From Macrostomum hystrix (Eukaryota > Animalia > Platyhelminthes), in contig CATNEN010000033.1 of the NCBI GenBank assembly GCA_950097015.1, positions 248,001 to 312,000 of the forward strand: a stretch of 64,000 nt of DNA. The letters are read 5' to 3'. The stretch's first letter is position 1, and each line of letters starts with the position of its first letter. Positions 51,601 through 64,000 of the stretch are shown here, in pieces. The position numbers and the translations under genes were made by a program. The notes beneath the pieces are model-generated. The model did not search any database. It was given only the letters and a program-made list of their open reading frames with translations, and was not told where the DNA came from.

Positions 51601-54600
51601 TGAAGCATGGGGGATAATAGTCCTGAAGCATGGGGGCTAAATGTCCGGAACAGTCCTGAAGCATGGGGGATAATAGTCCTGAAGTATGGGGGCTAACAGT
51701 CCTGAAGCATGGGGGATAACAGTCCTGAACAGTCCTGAAGCATGGGGGATAACAGTCCTGAAGCAGGGGGATAATAGTCCTGAAGCAGGGGAATAATAGT
51801 CCTGAAGCAGGGGGATAATAGTCCTGAAGCAGGGGGATAATAGTCCTGAAGCAGGGGGATAATAGTCCTGAAGTATGGGGGGATAACAGTCCTGAAGCAT
51901 GGGGGATTATAGTCCTGAAGCATGGGGGGCTAACAGTCCTGAAGCATGGGGGATAATAGCCTGAAGCATGGTGGATAATAGTCCTGAAGTATGGGGGATA
52001 ATAGTCCTGAAGTATGGGGGATAATAGTCCTGAAGCATGGGGGCTAACAGTCCTGAACAGTCCTGAAGCATGGGGGGATAACAGTCCTGAACAGTCCTGA
52101 AGCATGGGGGATAATAGTCCTGAAGCATGGGGGAGAATATTCCTGAAGTATAAGGGATAACAGTCCTGAAGTATGGTGGCTATTAGTCCTGAACAGTCCT
52201 GAAGCATGGGGGATAATAGCCTGAAGCATGGGGGATAATAGCCTGAAGCATGGGGGATAATAGCCTGAAGCATGGGGGGCTAACAGTCCTGAAGCATGGG
52301 GGATAATAGCCTGAAGCATGGGGGATAATAGTCCTGAAGCATGGGGGCTAACAGTCCTGAACAGTCCTGAAGCATGGGGGATAATAGTCCTGAAGCATGG
52401 GGGATAACAGTCCTGAACAGTCCTGAAGCATGGGGGATAATAGTCCTGAAGCATGGGGGCTAAATGTCCGGAACAGTCCTGAAGCATGGGGGATAATAGT
52501 CCTGAAGTATGGGGGCTAACAGTCCTGAAGCATGGGGGATAACAGTCCTGAACAGTCCTGAAGCATGGGGGATAACAGTCCTGAAGCAGGGGGATAATAG
52601 TCCTGAAGCAGGGGAATAATAGTCCTGAAGCAGGGGGATAATAGTCCTGAAGCAGGGGGATAATAGTCCTGAAGCAGGGGGATAATAGTCCTGAAGTATG
52701 GGGGGATAACAGTCCTGAAGCATGGGGGATTATAGTCCTGAAGCATGGGGGGCTAACAGTCCTGAAGCATGGGGGATAATAGCCTGAAGCATGGTGGATA
52801 ATAGTCCTGAAGTATGGGGGATAATAGTCCTGAAGTATGGGGGATAATAGTCCTGAAGCAGGGGGATAATAGTCCTGAAGCAGGGGGATAATAGTCCTGA
52901 AGCAGGGGGATAATAGTCCTGAAGTATGGGGGGGATAACAGCCCTGAAGCATGGGGGGATAATAGTTCTGAAGCATGGGGGATAATAGTCCTGAAGCATG
53001 GGGGATAATAGCCTGAAGCATGGTGGATAATAGTCCTGAAGTATGGGGGATAATAGTCCTGAAGTATGGGGGATAATAGTCCTGAAGCATGGGGGATTAT
53101 AGTCCTGAAGCATGGGGGGCTAACAGTCCTGAAGCATGGGGGATAATAGCCTGAAGCATGGTGGATAATAGTCCTGAAGCATGGGGGATTATAGTCCTGA
53201 AGCATGGGGGGCTAACAGTCCTGAAGCATGGGGGATAATAGTCCTGAAGCATGGGGGATAATAGTCCAGAAGCATGGGGGGCTAACAGTCCTGAAGCATG
53301 GGGGATAATAGCCTGAAGCATGGTGGATAATAGTCCTGAAGTATGGGGGATAATAGTCCTGAAGTATGGGGGATAATAGTCCTGAAGCATGGGGATAATA
53401 GTCCTGAAGCAGAGGGATAATAGTCCTGAAGTATGGGGGATAATAGTCCTGAAGTATGGGGGATAATAGTCCTGAAGCAGGGGGATAATAGTCCTGAAGC
53501 AGGGGGATAATAGTCCTGAAGTATGGGGGGATAACAGCCCTGAAGCATGGGGGGATAATAGCCTGAAGCATGGTGGATAATAGTCCTGAAGTATGGGGGA
53601 TAATAGTCCTGAAGTATGGGGGATAATAGTCCTGAAGCATGGGGGATTATAGTCCTGAAGCATGGGGGGCTAACAGTCCTGAAGCATGGGGGATAATAGC
53701 CTGAAGCATGGTGGATAATAGTCCTGAAGTATGGGGGATAATAGTCCTGAAGTATGGGGGATAATAGTCCTGAAGCATGGGGATAATAGTCCTGAAGCAG
53801 GGGGATAATAGTCCTGAAGTATGGGGGATAATAGTCCTGAAGTATGGGGGATAATAGTCCTGAAGCAGGGGGATAATAGTCCTGAAGCAGGGGGATAATA
53901 GTCCTGAAGTATGGGGGGATGACAGCCCTGAAGCATGGGGGGGATAATAGTCCTGAAGCATGGGGGATAATAGTCCAGAAGCATGGGGGGCTAACAGTCC
54001 TGAAGCATGGGGGATAATAGCCTGAAGCATGGTGGATAATAGTCCTGAAGTATGGGGGATAATAGTCCTGAAGTATGGGGGAAAATAGTCCTGAAGTATT
54101 GGGGATAACAGTCCTGAACAGTCCTGAAGCATGGGGGATAATAGTCCTGAAGCATGGGGGGATAACAGCCCTGAAGCATGGGGGCTAACAGTCCTGAAAA
54201 GTCCTGAAGCATGGGGGCTAACAGTCCTGAAGCATATGGGCGAACAGGCCTTGCATCAAGATTCACACAATGGAATAAGAGCCCTACCGAAGCCGAGTGC
54301 TGACCGATGCCTCCGCCGGCCGGCGTTGAAGCCGGTGACGAAGGTTCAAAGTCGCTGCCGCCGCCTCCGGGACTGCCAGTCGGCATCATGCAGCCGGCCT
54401 GCTGCATCAGCTGCTGCTGCTGCTGCTGCATTAGCAGGTGCTGCTGCTGACCGTCGTAGGCCTGCAGAGGGAAGCCGGCTGGCTCGCTGTAGAAGTCGTA
54501 GCGAGCGGCAGCGTGCTGCGGCAGGTAGCCGCCCAGCCTTGCCGCGTCCTGCGTGCCCGCCGCCGCAGCAGCCGCAGCCGCAGCCGCCGCCGCCGCCTGC

Positions 54601-54713
54601 TGCTGAATATGATGGTGACCTACCGGATGGTGATGTCCGTTGTGATGGTGATGATGAAGATAGGCTTGGGCAGCCTCTCTGCAATGCTGCTGCGGCTGCA
54701 GCTCCGTTGCCAT
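48656..54713 (-). CDS. soxB1: SoxB1-group HMG-box transcription factor, two coding exons
   Basis: Exon 2 (49567-48656) has [38 protein letters not shown]...[17 protein letters not shown]. Exon 1 (54713-54288) is His/Ala/Gln-rich. Donor TCG|GTAGGG and acceptor ccttgccctcag|G are both phase 0. The HMG exon is secure; the exon 1 join is inferred. Confidence 0.88.
50850..54235. repeat. 23-bp minisatellite (gtcctgaagcatgggggataata) with 10-bp sub-units and an 823-bp higher-order duplication, in the Sox intron
   Basis: Matching pseudo-ORFs are offset by 823 bp (51637/52460, 51693/52516). Confidence 0.95.
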
Positions 54714-55087
54714 GCGGTTGTCGGCTTTTGGGGGGCTTAGAATCCTAAACCTAATCCACTGCGCTGCGATTTGCTATTCCACAAAATAATTCCTAGTTTC
54801 CAACCGTCTCAATGACCACTCCAATGATCGGGACAATGCGAACCGTTAGCTATTGTCAAGGCTTGTTCTGGCTTTTGTCTTCTGCTCCTTCTTTTGCTTG
54901 GCCTTTGTTGTGTTTTAGCTTGCTTCAATCAGAGCTAGAAGAAGAAGTGGAGCCAAGTAAGGCAGAGATATGAGGGCCGGCTGCCTGCTTTAGCTCTAAT
55001 GAATCTGCTGGCTGGACAGGCAGGGAAATGTGTTCGGAGCGCCACCGAGCCTCTTGGCGTCCCGGCTCAGCTCATTCGCTCAGGCGC

Positions 55088-55101
55088 TCATTGGCCAATG
55101 A
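55088..55101. promoter_or_regulatory. 14-bp palindrome TCATTGGCCAATGA (paired CCAAT boxes) about 375 bp upstream of Sox exon 1
   Basis: Perfect palindrome in the presumptive promoter; function inferred. Confidence 0.35.
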
Positions 55102-55254
55102 AGCCGCGCTTACACCAACCCCCCGCCTTGGCCGGCTCCAAAATTCTTCCTCAACTCCACTGGCATCCATCCTCAATGATGCCTGCCTGCATCCCACATT
55201 TTTGTCGACTGGAAATGAAAAATTCTTGAATTTCTTTAAAAAACCCAGGGAGAT

Positions 55255-56330
55255 CTGACAATCTGGGGGGATCTAAATATCTGAGGGGATCTGAGGGGAT
55301 CTAAAAATCTGAGGGGATCTAAAATTCTGAGGGATCTAAAAATCTGAGGGGATCTAAAATTCTGAGGGATCTAAAAATCTGAGGGATCTAAAAATCTGAG
55401 GGATCTAAAAATCTGAGGGGATCTAAAAATCTGAGGGATCTAAAAATCTGAGGGATCTAAAAATCTGAGGGGATCTGAGGGGATCTAAAAATCTGAGGGA
55501 TCTAAAAATCTGAGGGATCTAAAAATCTGAGGGGATCTGAGGGGATCTAAAAATCTAAGGGGATCTAAAAATCTGAGGGGATCTGAGGGGATCTAAAAAT
55601 CTGAGGGATCTAAAAATCTGAGGGGATCTGAGGGGACCTAAAAATCTGAGGGGATCTAAAAATCTGAGGGGATCTAAAAATCTGAGGGGATCTGAGAGGG
55701 TCTAAAAATCTGAGGGGATCTGAGGGGACCTAAAAATCTGAGGGGATCTAAAAATCTGAGGGGATCTAAAAATCTGAGGGGATCTAAAAATCTGAGGGGA
55801 TCTGAGGGGATCTAAAAATCTGAGGGGATCTGAGGGGATCTAAAAATCTGAGGGGATCTGAGGGGATCTAAAAATCTGAGGGGATCTGAGGGGACCTAAA
55901 AATCTGAGGGGATCTAAAAATCTGAGGGGATCTGAGGGGATCTAAAATCTGAGGGGATCTTAGGGGATTCGACAATATGAGGGGATCTAAATATTTGAGG
56001 GGATCTGACAACGTGAGGGAAACCTGAGAGAAACATGAACCGTGAGAGATTCGACAATCTGAGGGGAATTGAAAATCTGAGTGGATCTGACAATCTGAGG
56101 GGATCTGACAACCTGAGGGGATCTGACAATCTGAGAGGATCTGACAATCTGAGAGGATCTGACAATCTGAGGGGATCTGACAATCTGAGGGGATCTGACA
56201 ACCTGAGAGGATTCGAAAATCTGAGGGGGATTTGAAAATCCAAGAGGATTTGACGATCTGAGGGGACTCGACAATCTGAGGAGATATAGCCATCTGACAG
56301 AAGGGATCTGAAAATTAGAGGGGATCTGAG
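55255..56330. repeat. 17-18-bp minisatellite (atctgagggg + atctaaaa modules) grading into a gatctgacaatctgaggg variant
   Basis: Direct inspection. Confidence 0.92.
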
Positions 56331-57214
56331 TGCATTTCTAGATTCGTGCGGTTTCCAAGCCTTGAGTTTGCTGTTCCAGTGGCATGTTTTTATTTCGGGT
56401 GGGAAATTGTTTAGAAAGATGTATCATGCAGATATGCTCCTTACTCAATATGCTTGCAGCAAATAAACAAGCAATACATGTACGAATTTAAAGGCCAAGA
56501 AACTTCTCAATATACTTTTATAGACTTCATGGCCAAATGTTAAAAACGAAAACTGTTTAATATAGCTCTAAACTCACTCAGGGGGGTTGGGCACATTAGA
56601 ATATGAATCTCATCAGTCAGACACAGCTGAGAGCTCCAACACCACCGCTTCAAATATATCCCCCCTGCGGAGCCCCCCAAACCCCTAGCTAAATTCCCAG
56701 CCCAGCGATAGCCACCTGCGTGTGCCCCCCGCCCGCCAGGGAGAACACACCCCATCCCCAACTCAAACTGGCCCCTTCACAACTCCCTCCCCGATCTCCC
56801 GAAATATCCCCACTTCTACGAACGCCTCCCTGTGCGCATATGTGGGCCCGATTGCCTTATAAATGTATACATTATATATATAAGACCAGTGAAGGTTATA
56901 TTGGGAAATATTCTTTTAAGAGGCCCCACTTTAGTTCGATCTAAGCTGGGGGAAAAAAGGGGAACCCTTTCAAAGCCCTTCCCAGACCCGAACAAGCTCA
57001 TGAAATGCTAAAAATACGAGTATGTAGAATCAACAATAATAAGTTTTGTAGTTACTTGACAATGCAAAATTTGCTCCTATAATATTAGTGCTTAGAATTT
57101 ATTACCATCATTTTCATTTCTTCTGCAAATCACGGGTGCTTTGAGATTATTTTGAAAATGCTGTAGAACTCCCAAAATGTGTGTACAGCAACTCAGTCCA
57201 TGGACAGTGCAGAG

Positions 57215-59975
57215 ACACTCACAGATCATAGAAGATACGCTCACAGATCATAGTAGAGACACTCACATATCATAATAGAGACACTCACAGATCATAGTAG
57301 AGACACTCACAGATCATAGTAGAGACACTCACAGATCATAGTAGAGACACACACATATCATAGTAGAGACACTCACAGATCATAAATGAGACACTCACAG
57401 ATCATAGTAGAGACACTCACAGGTCATAGTAGAGACACACACAGATCATAGTAGAGACACACACAGATCATAGTAGAGACACTCACAGGTCATAGTAGAG
57501 ACACTCCCTTAGATCATAGTAGAGACACTCCCATAGATCATAGTAGAGACACTCACAGATCACAGAGGAGACACTCACAGATCATAGTAGAGACACTCAC
57601 AGATCATAGTAGAGACACTCACAGATCATAGTAGAGACACTCACAGATCATAGTAGAGACACTCACAGATCATAGTAGAGACATTCACAGATCATGGTAG
57701 AGACACTCACAGATCATAGTAGAGACACTCACAGATCATAGTAGAGACATACGCAGATCACAGTAGAGACACTCACAGATCATAGTAGAGACACTCCCAT
57801 AGATCATAGTAGAGACACTCACAGATCATAGTAGAGACACTCACAGATCATAAATGAGACACTCACAGATCATAGAAGAGACACTCACAGATCATAGTAG
57901 AGACACTCACAGATCATGGTAGAGACACTCACAGATCATAGTAGAGACACTCACAGATCATAGTAGAGACACTCACAGATCATAGTAGAGACACTCACAG
58001 ATCATGGTAGAGACACTCACAGATCATAGTAGAGACACTCACAGATCATAGTAGAGACACTCCCATAGATCATAGTAGAGACACTCACAGATCATAGTAG
58101 AGACACTCACAGATCATAGTAGAGACACTCACAGATCATAAATGAGACACTCACAGATCATAGTAGAGACACTCACAGATCATGGTAGAGACACTCACAG
58201 ATCATAGTAGAGACACTCACAGATCATAGTAGAGACACTCACAGATCATAGTAGAGACACTCACAGATCATAGTAGAGACACTCGCAGATCATAGTAGAG
58301 ACACTCACAGATCATAGTAGAGACACTCACATGTCATAGTAGAGACACTCACATATCATAGTAGAGACACTCACAGATCATAGTAGAGACACTCGCAGAT
58401 CATAGTAGAGACACTCACAGATCATAGTAGAGACACTCACAGACCATAGTAGAGACACTCACAGATCATAGTAGAGACACTCACAGATCATGGTAGAGAC
58501 ACTCACAGATCATAGTAGAGACACTCACAGATCATAGTAGAGACACTCGCAGATCATAGTAGAGACACTCACAGATCATAGTAGAGACACTCACATGTCA
58601 TAGTAGAGACACTCACAGATCATGGTAGAGACATTCACAGATCATGGTAGAGACACTCACAGATCATAGTAGAGACACTCACAGATCATAGTAGAGACAT
58701 ACGCAGATCACAGTAGAGACACTCACAGATCATAGTAGAGACACTCCCATAGATCATAGTAGAGACACTCACAGATCATAGTAGAGACGCTCACAGATCA
58801 TAGTAGAGACACTCACAGATCATAGTAGAGACACACACAGATCATAGTAGAGACACTCACAGGTCATAGTAGAGACACTCACAGATCATAGTAGAGACAC
58901 ACACATATCATAGTAGAGACACTCACAGATCATAAATGAGACACTCACAGATCATAGTAGAGACACTCACATATCATAGTAGAGACACTCACAGATCATA
59001 AATGAGACACTCACAGATCATAGTAGAGACACTCACAGATCATAAATGAGACACTCACAGATCATAGTAGAGACACTCACAGGTCATAGTAGAGACACAC
59101 ACAGATCATAGTAGAGACACTCACAGATCATAGTAGAGACACACACAGATCATAGTAGAGACACTCACAGGTCATAGTAGAGACACTCCCTTAGATCATA
59201 GTAGAGACACTCCCATAGATCATAGTAGAGACACTCACAGATCACAGAGGAGACACTCACAGATCATAGTAGAGACACTCACAGATCATAGTAGAGACAC
59301 TCACAGATCATAGTAGAGACACTCACAGATCATAGTAGAGACACTCACAGATCATAGTAGAGACATTCACAGATCATGGTAGAGACACTCACAGATCATA
59401 GTAGAGACACTCACAGATCATAGTAGAGACATACGCAGATCACAGTAGAGACACTCACAGATCATAGTAGAGACACTCCCATAGATCATAGTAGAGACAC
59501 TCACAGATCATAGTAGAGACACTCACAGATCATAGTAGAGACACTCACAGATCATAGTAGAGACACTCACAGATCATAGTAGAGACACTCACAGATCATA
59601 GTAGAGACATTCACAGATCATGGTAGAGACACTCACAGATCATAGTAGAGACACTCACAGATCATAGTAGAGACATACGCAGATCACAGTAGAGACACTC
59701 ACAGATCATAGTAGAGACACTCCCATAGATCATAGTAGAGACACTCACAGATCATAGTAGAGACACTCACAGATCATAGTAGAGACACACACAGATCATA
59801 GTAGAGACACTCACAGATCATAGTAGAGACACTCACAGATCATAGTAGAGACACTCACAGATCATAGTAGAGACACACACAGATCATAGTAGAGACACAC
59901 ACAGATCATAGTAGAGACACTCACATGTCATAGTAGAGACACTCACATGTCATAGTAGAGACACTCACAGATCAT
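57215..59975 (+). repeat. 22-bp satellite (catagtagagacactcacagat), about 125 copies, forward orientation
   Basis: 22-nt period; internal duplication offset about 1682 bp (acactccctt at 57501 and 59183). Confidence 0.97.
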
Positions 59976-60557
59976 AATAAAGAAATCCCGCGAATCAAAT
60001 TTGTTTCTTAAACTGAGGGACAAGAGGACTCATTCGCAATGGGTTTAGTACCAAAGCTCTTGGTCAGCGGGTTAATTTCATTAAGCTTATGTTTTCTGCA
60101 AAGCATGGGTCATACATTTTTCCCATATTTGTTGATTGACAGGAAGGACTGAGCATGGCGGGAGTTAGTAACTGGGCTGATTCCGAAACACAAACTCAGC
60201 TAGATCTCATACTGGAGACCGATTGTTACAAATACTTTGAGTCTGCATTAGCTGCTCAAAGTTTTATTAATATAAATATTAATATTATTGGTAATCGGTA
60301 GGATACAGTGCTGAGTTGTAGAGAATTTGCCGCTTAGTTTAATCTACAATATAGAATTTCTGCAATTGAGTAGTGTGGTCCAGATTAAGCTTTTGAGTCC
60401 ACCGTACTGCATGCGTTGAGGGAGATCAAGTGCAAGCTGTTGTGTCCCGCTCAACTTTGAGCATAATTTTAAGATCCTTTTAAAAGAGAATACTGTTTTC
60501 AGATTGGAATGGGATTTCCAGAATGGTGTGGTTAAATAATCCTAGAGGGGAGGTCGC

Positions 60558-60558
<1 letters not shown>

Positions 60559-60595
<37 letters not shown>

Positions 60596-60880
60596 TGCAG
60601 GAGGGCTGCGGGCAGTGGCACATCATTTGGTGACACTAGACCCGCAGCCAGCTAGGAGACAGTTCTGCCCATTCGCAGACTCCTGAGCGCACGCTCACAC
60701 ATGTGTGTACATCTGCCCTGACTTTCTCATCGTCAGGCAGTGTACGCTCTCACTGAGCCTTCAAGGTTGGCCCTCAAGGGTGTAAATTGCACGACAAATA
60801 AATGTGGCCTTGCCTCGGAATCGAGCGCCGGGACGTTGGTGCGAGAGGCAAACGCGTTAACCGCTTTGCCACTCACCCCC
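60559..60880 (-). mobile_element. tRNA-derived SINE, copy 2, with intact A/B boxes and (AAT)n tail
   Basis: Minus-strand A box TGGCAAAGCGG (plus 60861-60871), B-box-like GCTCGATTCC (plus 60817-60826), tail 60559-60595; homologous to 35244-35604. Confidence 0.82.
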
Positions 60881-61814
60881 TTGTAAGGTATCTTGGCATG
60901 GGAATAAGATCCCAACACGATTGGTCTCAACTGCTGACTCAATAAGTAAAGAAGAAACAATTTCTGGCCTTTCAATGTACTACAAACGATTGTGAGATGC
61001 TCATCCATCTTAATCACAATGCGGCTACTTTATTAGAGGCTGTTAGACCTGACAGGAAGTCGTGTGCCATCGCATCCCCCCGTCAAGCAACGTTTGACAG
61101 CTTCCTTATTCTTCAAAGCTGAGCTGAGTTGAGAGCTGAGCGTCAACTCAAGTGAGCGCTGCGGCGGGCGGTTTTATCAGAAAAAAAGAGACACTCGAGA
61201 ACAGAAAAAGGAACTTCAAACAAGTAACAATGCAGGAAAAAAACCGAAGATGCAAAAAATTTGAATGTAACACACAGCCAGCCAGGGTCTGTTAACAAGT
61301 CTCGCGACATGCCATCATTATATGAGAAGGGCAGGCCTGTCTCACATCACCTGGTCTGAGTCGTTTCTCGTTTCTCATTTAGCCGTTTCCTGATCATCAA
61401 AGCTGAAACATGGACCGTCTCGCTCTGGATCTTGGAGAATGAAAAGACCCGGAGCGGCTCTGGGGGTATGTGTGTCCAAATTCCTGGGGAACATGCGACA
61501 AAAAATCCCCTATTTCATTCGCCTGGAGGTGCCATGTACTGGTAATTGGCCAGTCACAGCTAAGATTGTCGGCAATGAACAAGAAAAATCCTCTTTAGAG
61601 ATCTCAGAATCAGTCCAGACGCATCACCCCACCTCCCATATCTCAGGTAGACATTTGGGCTGAATTTTTATTTGGCTTTTAACTGGCGAAAAGAAATCGC
61701 GCTTTAGCTTTTTTATTACATAATCCGCATCATCAACTGCTCAACATCCGCTCAGCCTCAATCCCCAACTATTTCTACCTGCATGCTCTTACTTGCTTAA
61801 CCAGTATTGACAAT

Positions 61815-62342
61815 GATCTGTGAGTCTCTCTACTAGGATCTGTGAGTGTCTCTACTATGATCTGTGAGTCTCTCTACTATGATCTGTGAGTCTCTCTACT
61901 AGGATCTGTGAGTGTCTCTACTATGATCTGTGAGTCTCTCTACTATGATCTGTGAGTCTCTCTACTATGATCTGTGAGTGTCTCTACTATGATCTATGGG
62001 AGTGTCTCTACTATGATCTGTGAGTGTCTCCACTATGATCTATGGGAGTGTCTCTACTATGATCTGTGAGTGTCTCTACTATGATCTGTGAGTGTCTCTA
62101 CTATGATCTGTGAGTGTCTCTACTATGATCTGTGAGTGTCTCTACTATGATCTATGGGAGTGTCTCTACTATGATCTGTGAGTGTCTCCACTATGATCTA
62201 TGGGAGTGTCTCTACTATGATCTGTGAGTGTCTCTACTATGATCTGTGAGTGTCTCTACTATGATCTGTGAGTGTCTCTACTATGATCTGTGAGTGTCTC
62301 CACTGTGATCTGTGAGTTTCTCTACTACGATCTGTGAGTGTC
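61815..62342 (-). repeat. 22-bp satellite, inverted orientation (atctgtgagtgtctctactatg), about 24 copies
   Basis: Reverse complement of the 57215-59975 unit. Confidence 0.96.
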
Positions 62343-63624
62343 CCTTCGATGTTCTCTGGTCTTCATCTCAGTCCCTCCACCTGTCCCACTGTTGTTGTCT
62401 TCACCTGATGTCACGATTTCATTCACGAGGTGTCTTGTCTTTTGTTCGTGCGGCTTATGCTATCAACAAATCTTATCAGGCTATTGTTATTAGAATTTCT
62501 ATATTTTTCAAGCTTATAAAAAGTCACATTTTTTAATTCAGGTTTATCCATACTGAATAGATCAATATAATTTTAGTCAAACTGGCGTCACTAGGCCATG
62601 GATTTGACAATAATTATCCTCTAATCCTTTAGAAATAGCAAAGAAATATTGGCTTGAATTTTTATTCATCTAACTGACTGGCAAAAGCAGCTTAAATGCC
62701 ATCTGCTCTCGCAGTTGTCCCTGGCTTAGAAACAAACAGAGAGACAGAAGGCCAACAGTTAGTCGACTCAAACTAATGTCTATGGGGATTTCTATGCCCC
62801 CCTAGGGATTCAAATTCGTGCTCAATTTGAGTCTCCGGAGGATTTTGACTTTAACTGACGGATATAAAATGAATAAAAGGTGAGAGGAAAAGGTATGCCA
62901 GGGTGTGTGTGTGTTAGCGGTGCCTCGGCAAGCCTATTATTTGTTCAAACAAAACACCCCGTCTCGCCAAAAACCCCGGACAAGATTTGACGACCGCTTA
63001 GAGGCGTGAAGCTTGCGCTAAAGGTCGTGTGACTTATTGTTTGCATTTTGACATTTAGCCCCACCCACCCGCTGTTGAGACTGCTCAATTGGCCTGTTGA
63101 CCGTTTGTCTGAGCTGTGGCATATTCTTTGCCAGTTCCACAGCCCATATGCAAATTCTATTTTCTTTTTCATAAAATATTCTTTCTGGCTGCCAATTTAT
63201 AACAAAATCTAACGAATCAAAAAGTGACAAGGCGTTGGGGAAAAAGCTTTTCGTCTAGTTAATTAATCTGGCAATCTGGTGTCTTCAGTTAAGGCAGTCG
63301 ACGATTTCAATTGAGTATCGCGGATTAAAATAATTATTTTTCGAGAAAATTTTGTTAAAAATCCGATTCCATTTAGCAATCAAATAGATCAAGCACAAAC
63401 CTCATCGTGACTGAAAGGCGAAGAATCTGGATTTCAAGCAAAAGTGATGGTTCGAAAAGGAAATTCTAAAGACAAATGCCTGACCCATTATTCTGTTTGG
63501 GACAATTCTATTGGGGAAAATTTTAAGTTTGTAAAGACCCATTCAAGCTAAAAATTTTTTGTATTTTAGGCGTCTCAACAGCAGATCGTAGTCGAAACAC
63601 TCATCGTAGTCGACACTATCAGTT

Positions 63625-64000
63625 CATGGTAGAGACACTCACAGATCACACTAGAGACACTCACAGAACATAAATACGACACTCACAGATCATGGTAGAG
63701 ACACTCACAGATCATAATAGAGACACTCACAGAACATAAATAAGACACTCACAGATCATAGTAGAGACACTCACAGATCATAATAGAGACACTCACAGAT
63801 CATAGTAGAGACACTCACAGAACATAGTAGAGACACTCACAGATCATAGTAGAGACACTCACAGATCATAGTAGAGACACTCACAGATCATAGTAGAGAC
63901 ACTCACAGATCATAGTAGAGACACTCACAGAACATAATAGAGACACTCACAGATCATAGTAGAGACTCACAGATCATAGTAGAGACACTCACAGATCATA
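63625..64000 (+). repeat. 22-bp satellite, forward orientation, runs off the right edge
   Basis: Same unit as 57215-59975, with degenerate leading units from about 63585. Confidence 0.95.

Noticed and set aside
51006-54132. Numerous [15 protein letters not shown] ORFs
   Set aside because: Translations of the 23-bp intronic minisatellite.
54131-54748. Plus-strand 205-aa ORF
   Set aside because: Antisense shadow of the GC-rich Sox exon 1, starting inside the satellite.

Overview
Eukaryotic (animal) genomic DNA with spliceosomal GT-AG introns. The poly-Q genes and minisatellite-filled introns suggest a free-living flatworm such as Macrostomum; this is an inference only. Gene models rebuilt by hand with phase-consistent splice sites: a divergent insulin-receptor-family gene (minus, runs off the left edge), EF-1-beta (plus), Rab24 (plus), a KIAA0513/SBF-domain gene with a large poly-Q N-terminus (plus), an Ala-rich coiled-coil ORF, an otopetrin-like channel with two frameshifts (plus) and a two-exon SoxB1 gene (minus). 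Roughly 23-24 kb (about 37%, manual estimate) is tandem repeat. About half of the repeat families have 20-24 nt units, several recur at separate loci, and one occurs in alternating orientation like a foldback element. Also present: a non-autonomous Mutator-like element with an 8-bp TSD, two copies of a tRNA-derived SINE and a candidate structured intronic RNA. Most long ORFs in the supplied track are repeat artefacts. There is no CRISPR array, rRNA or intact tRNA. No novel system is demonstrated; the leads below are hypotheses.
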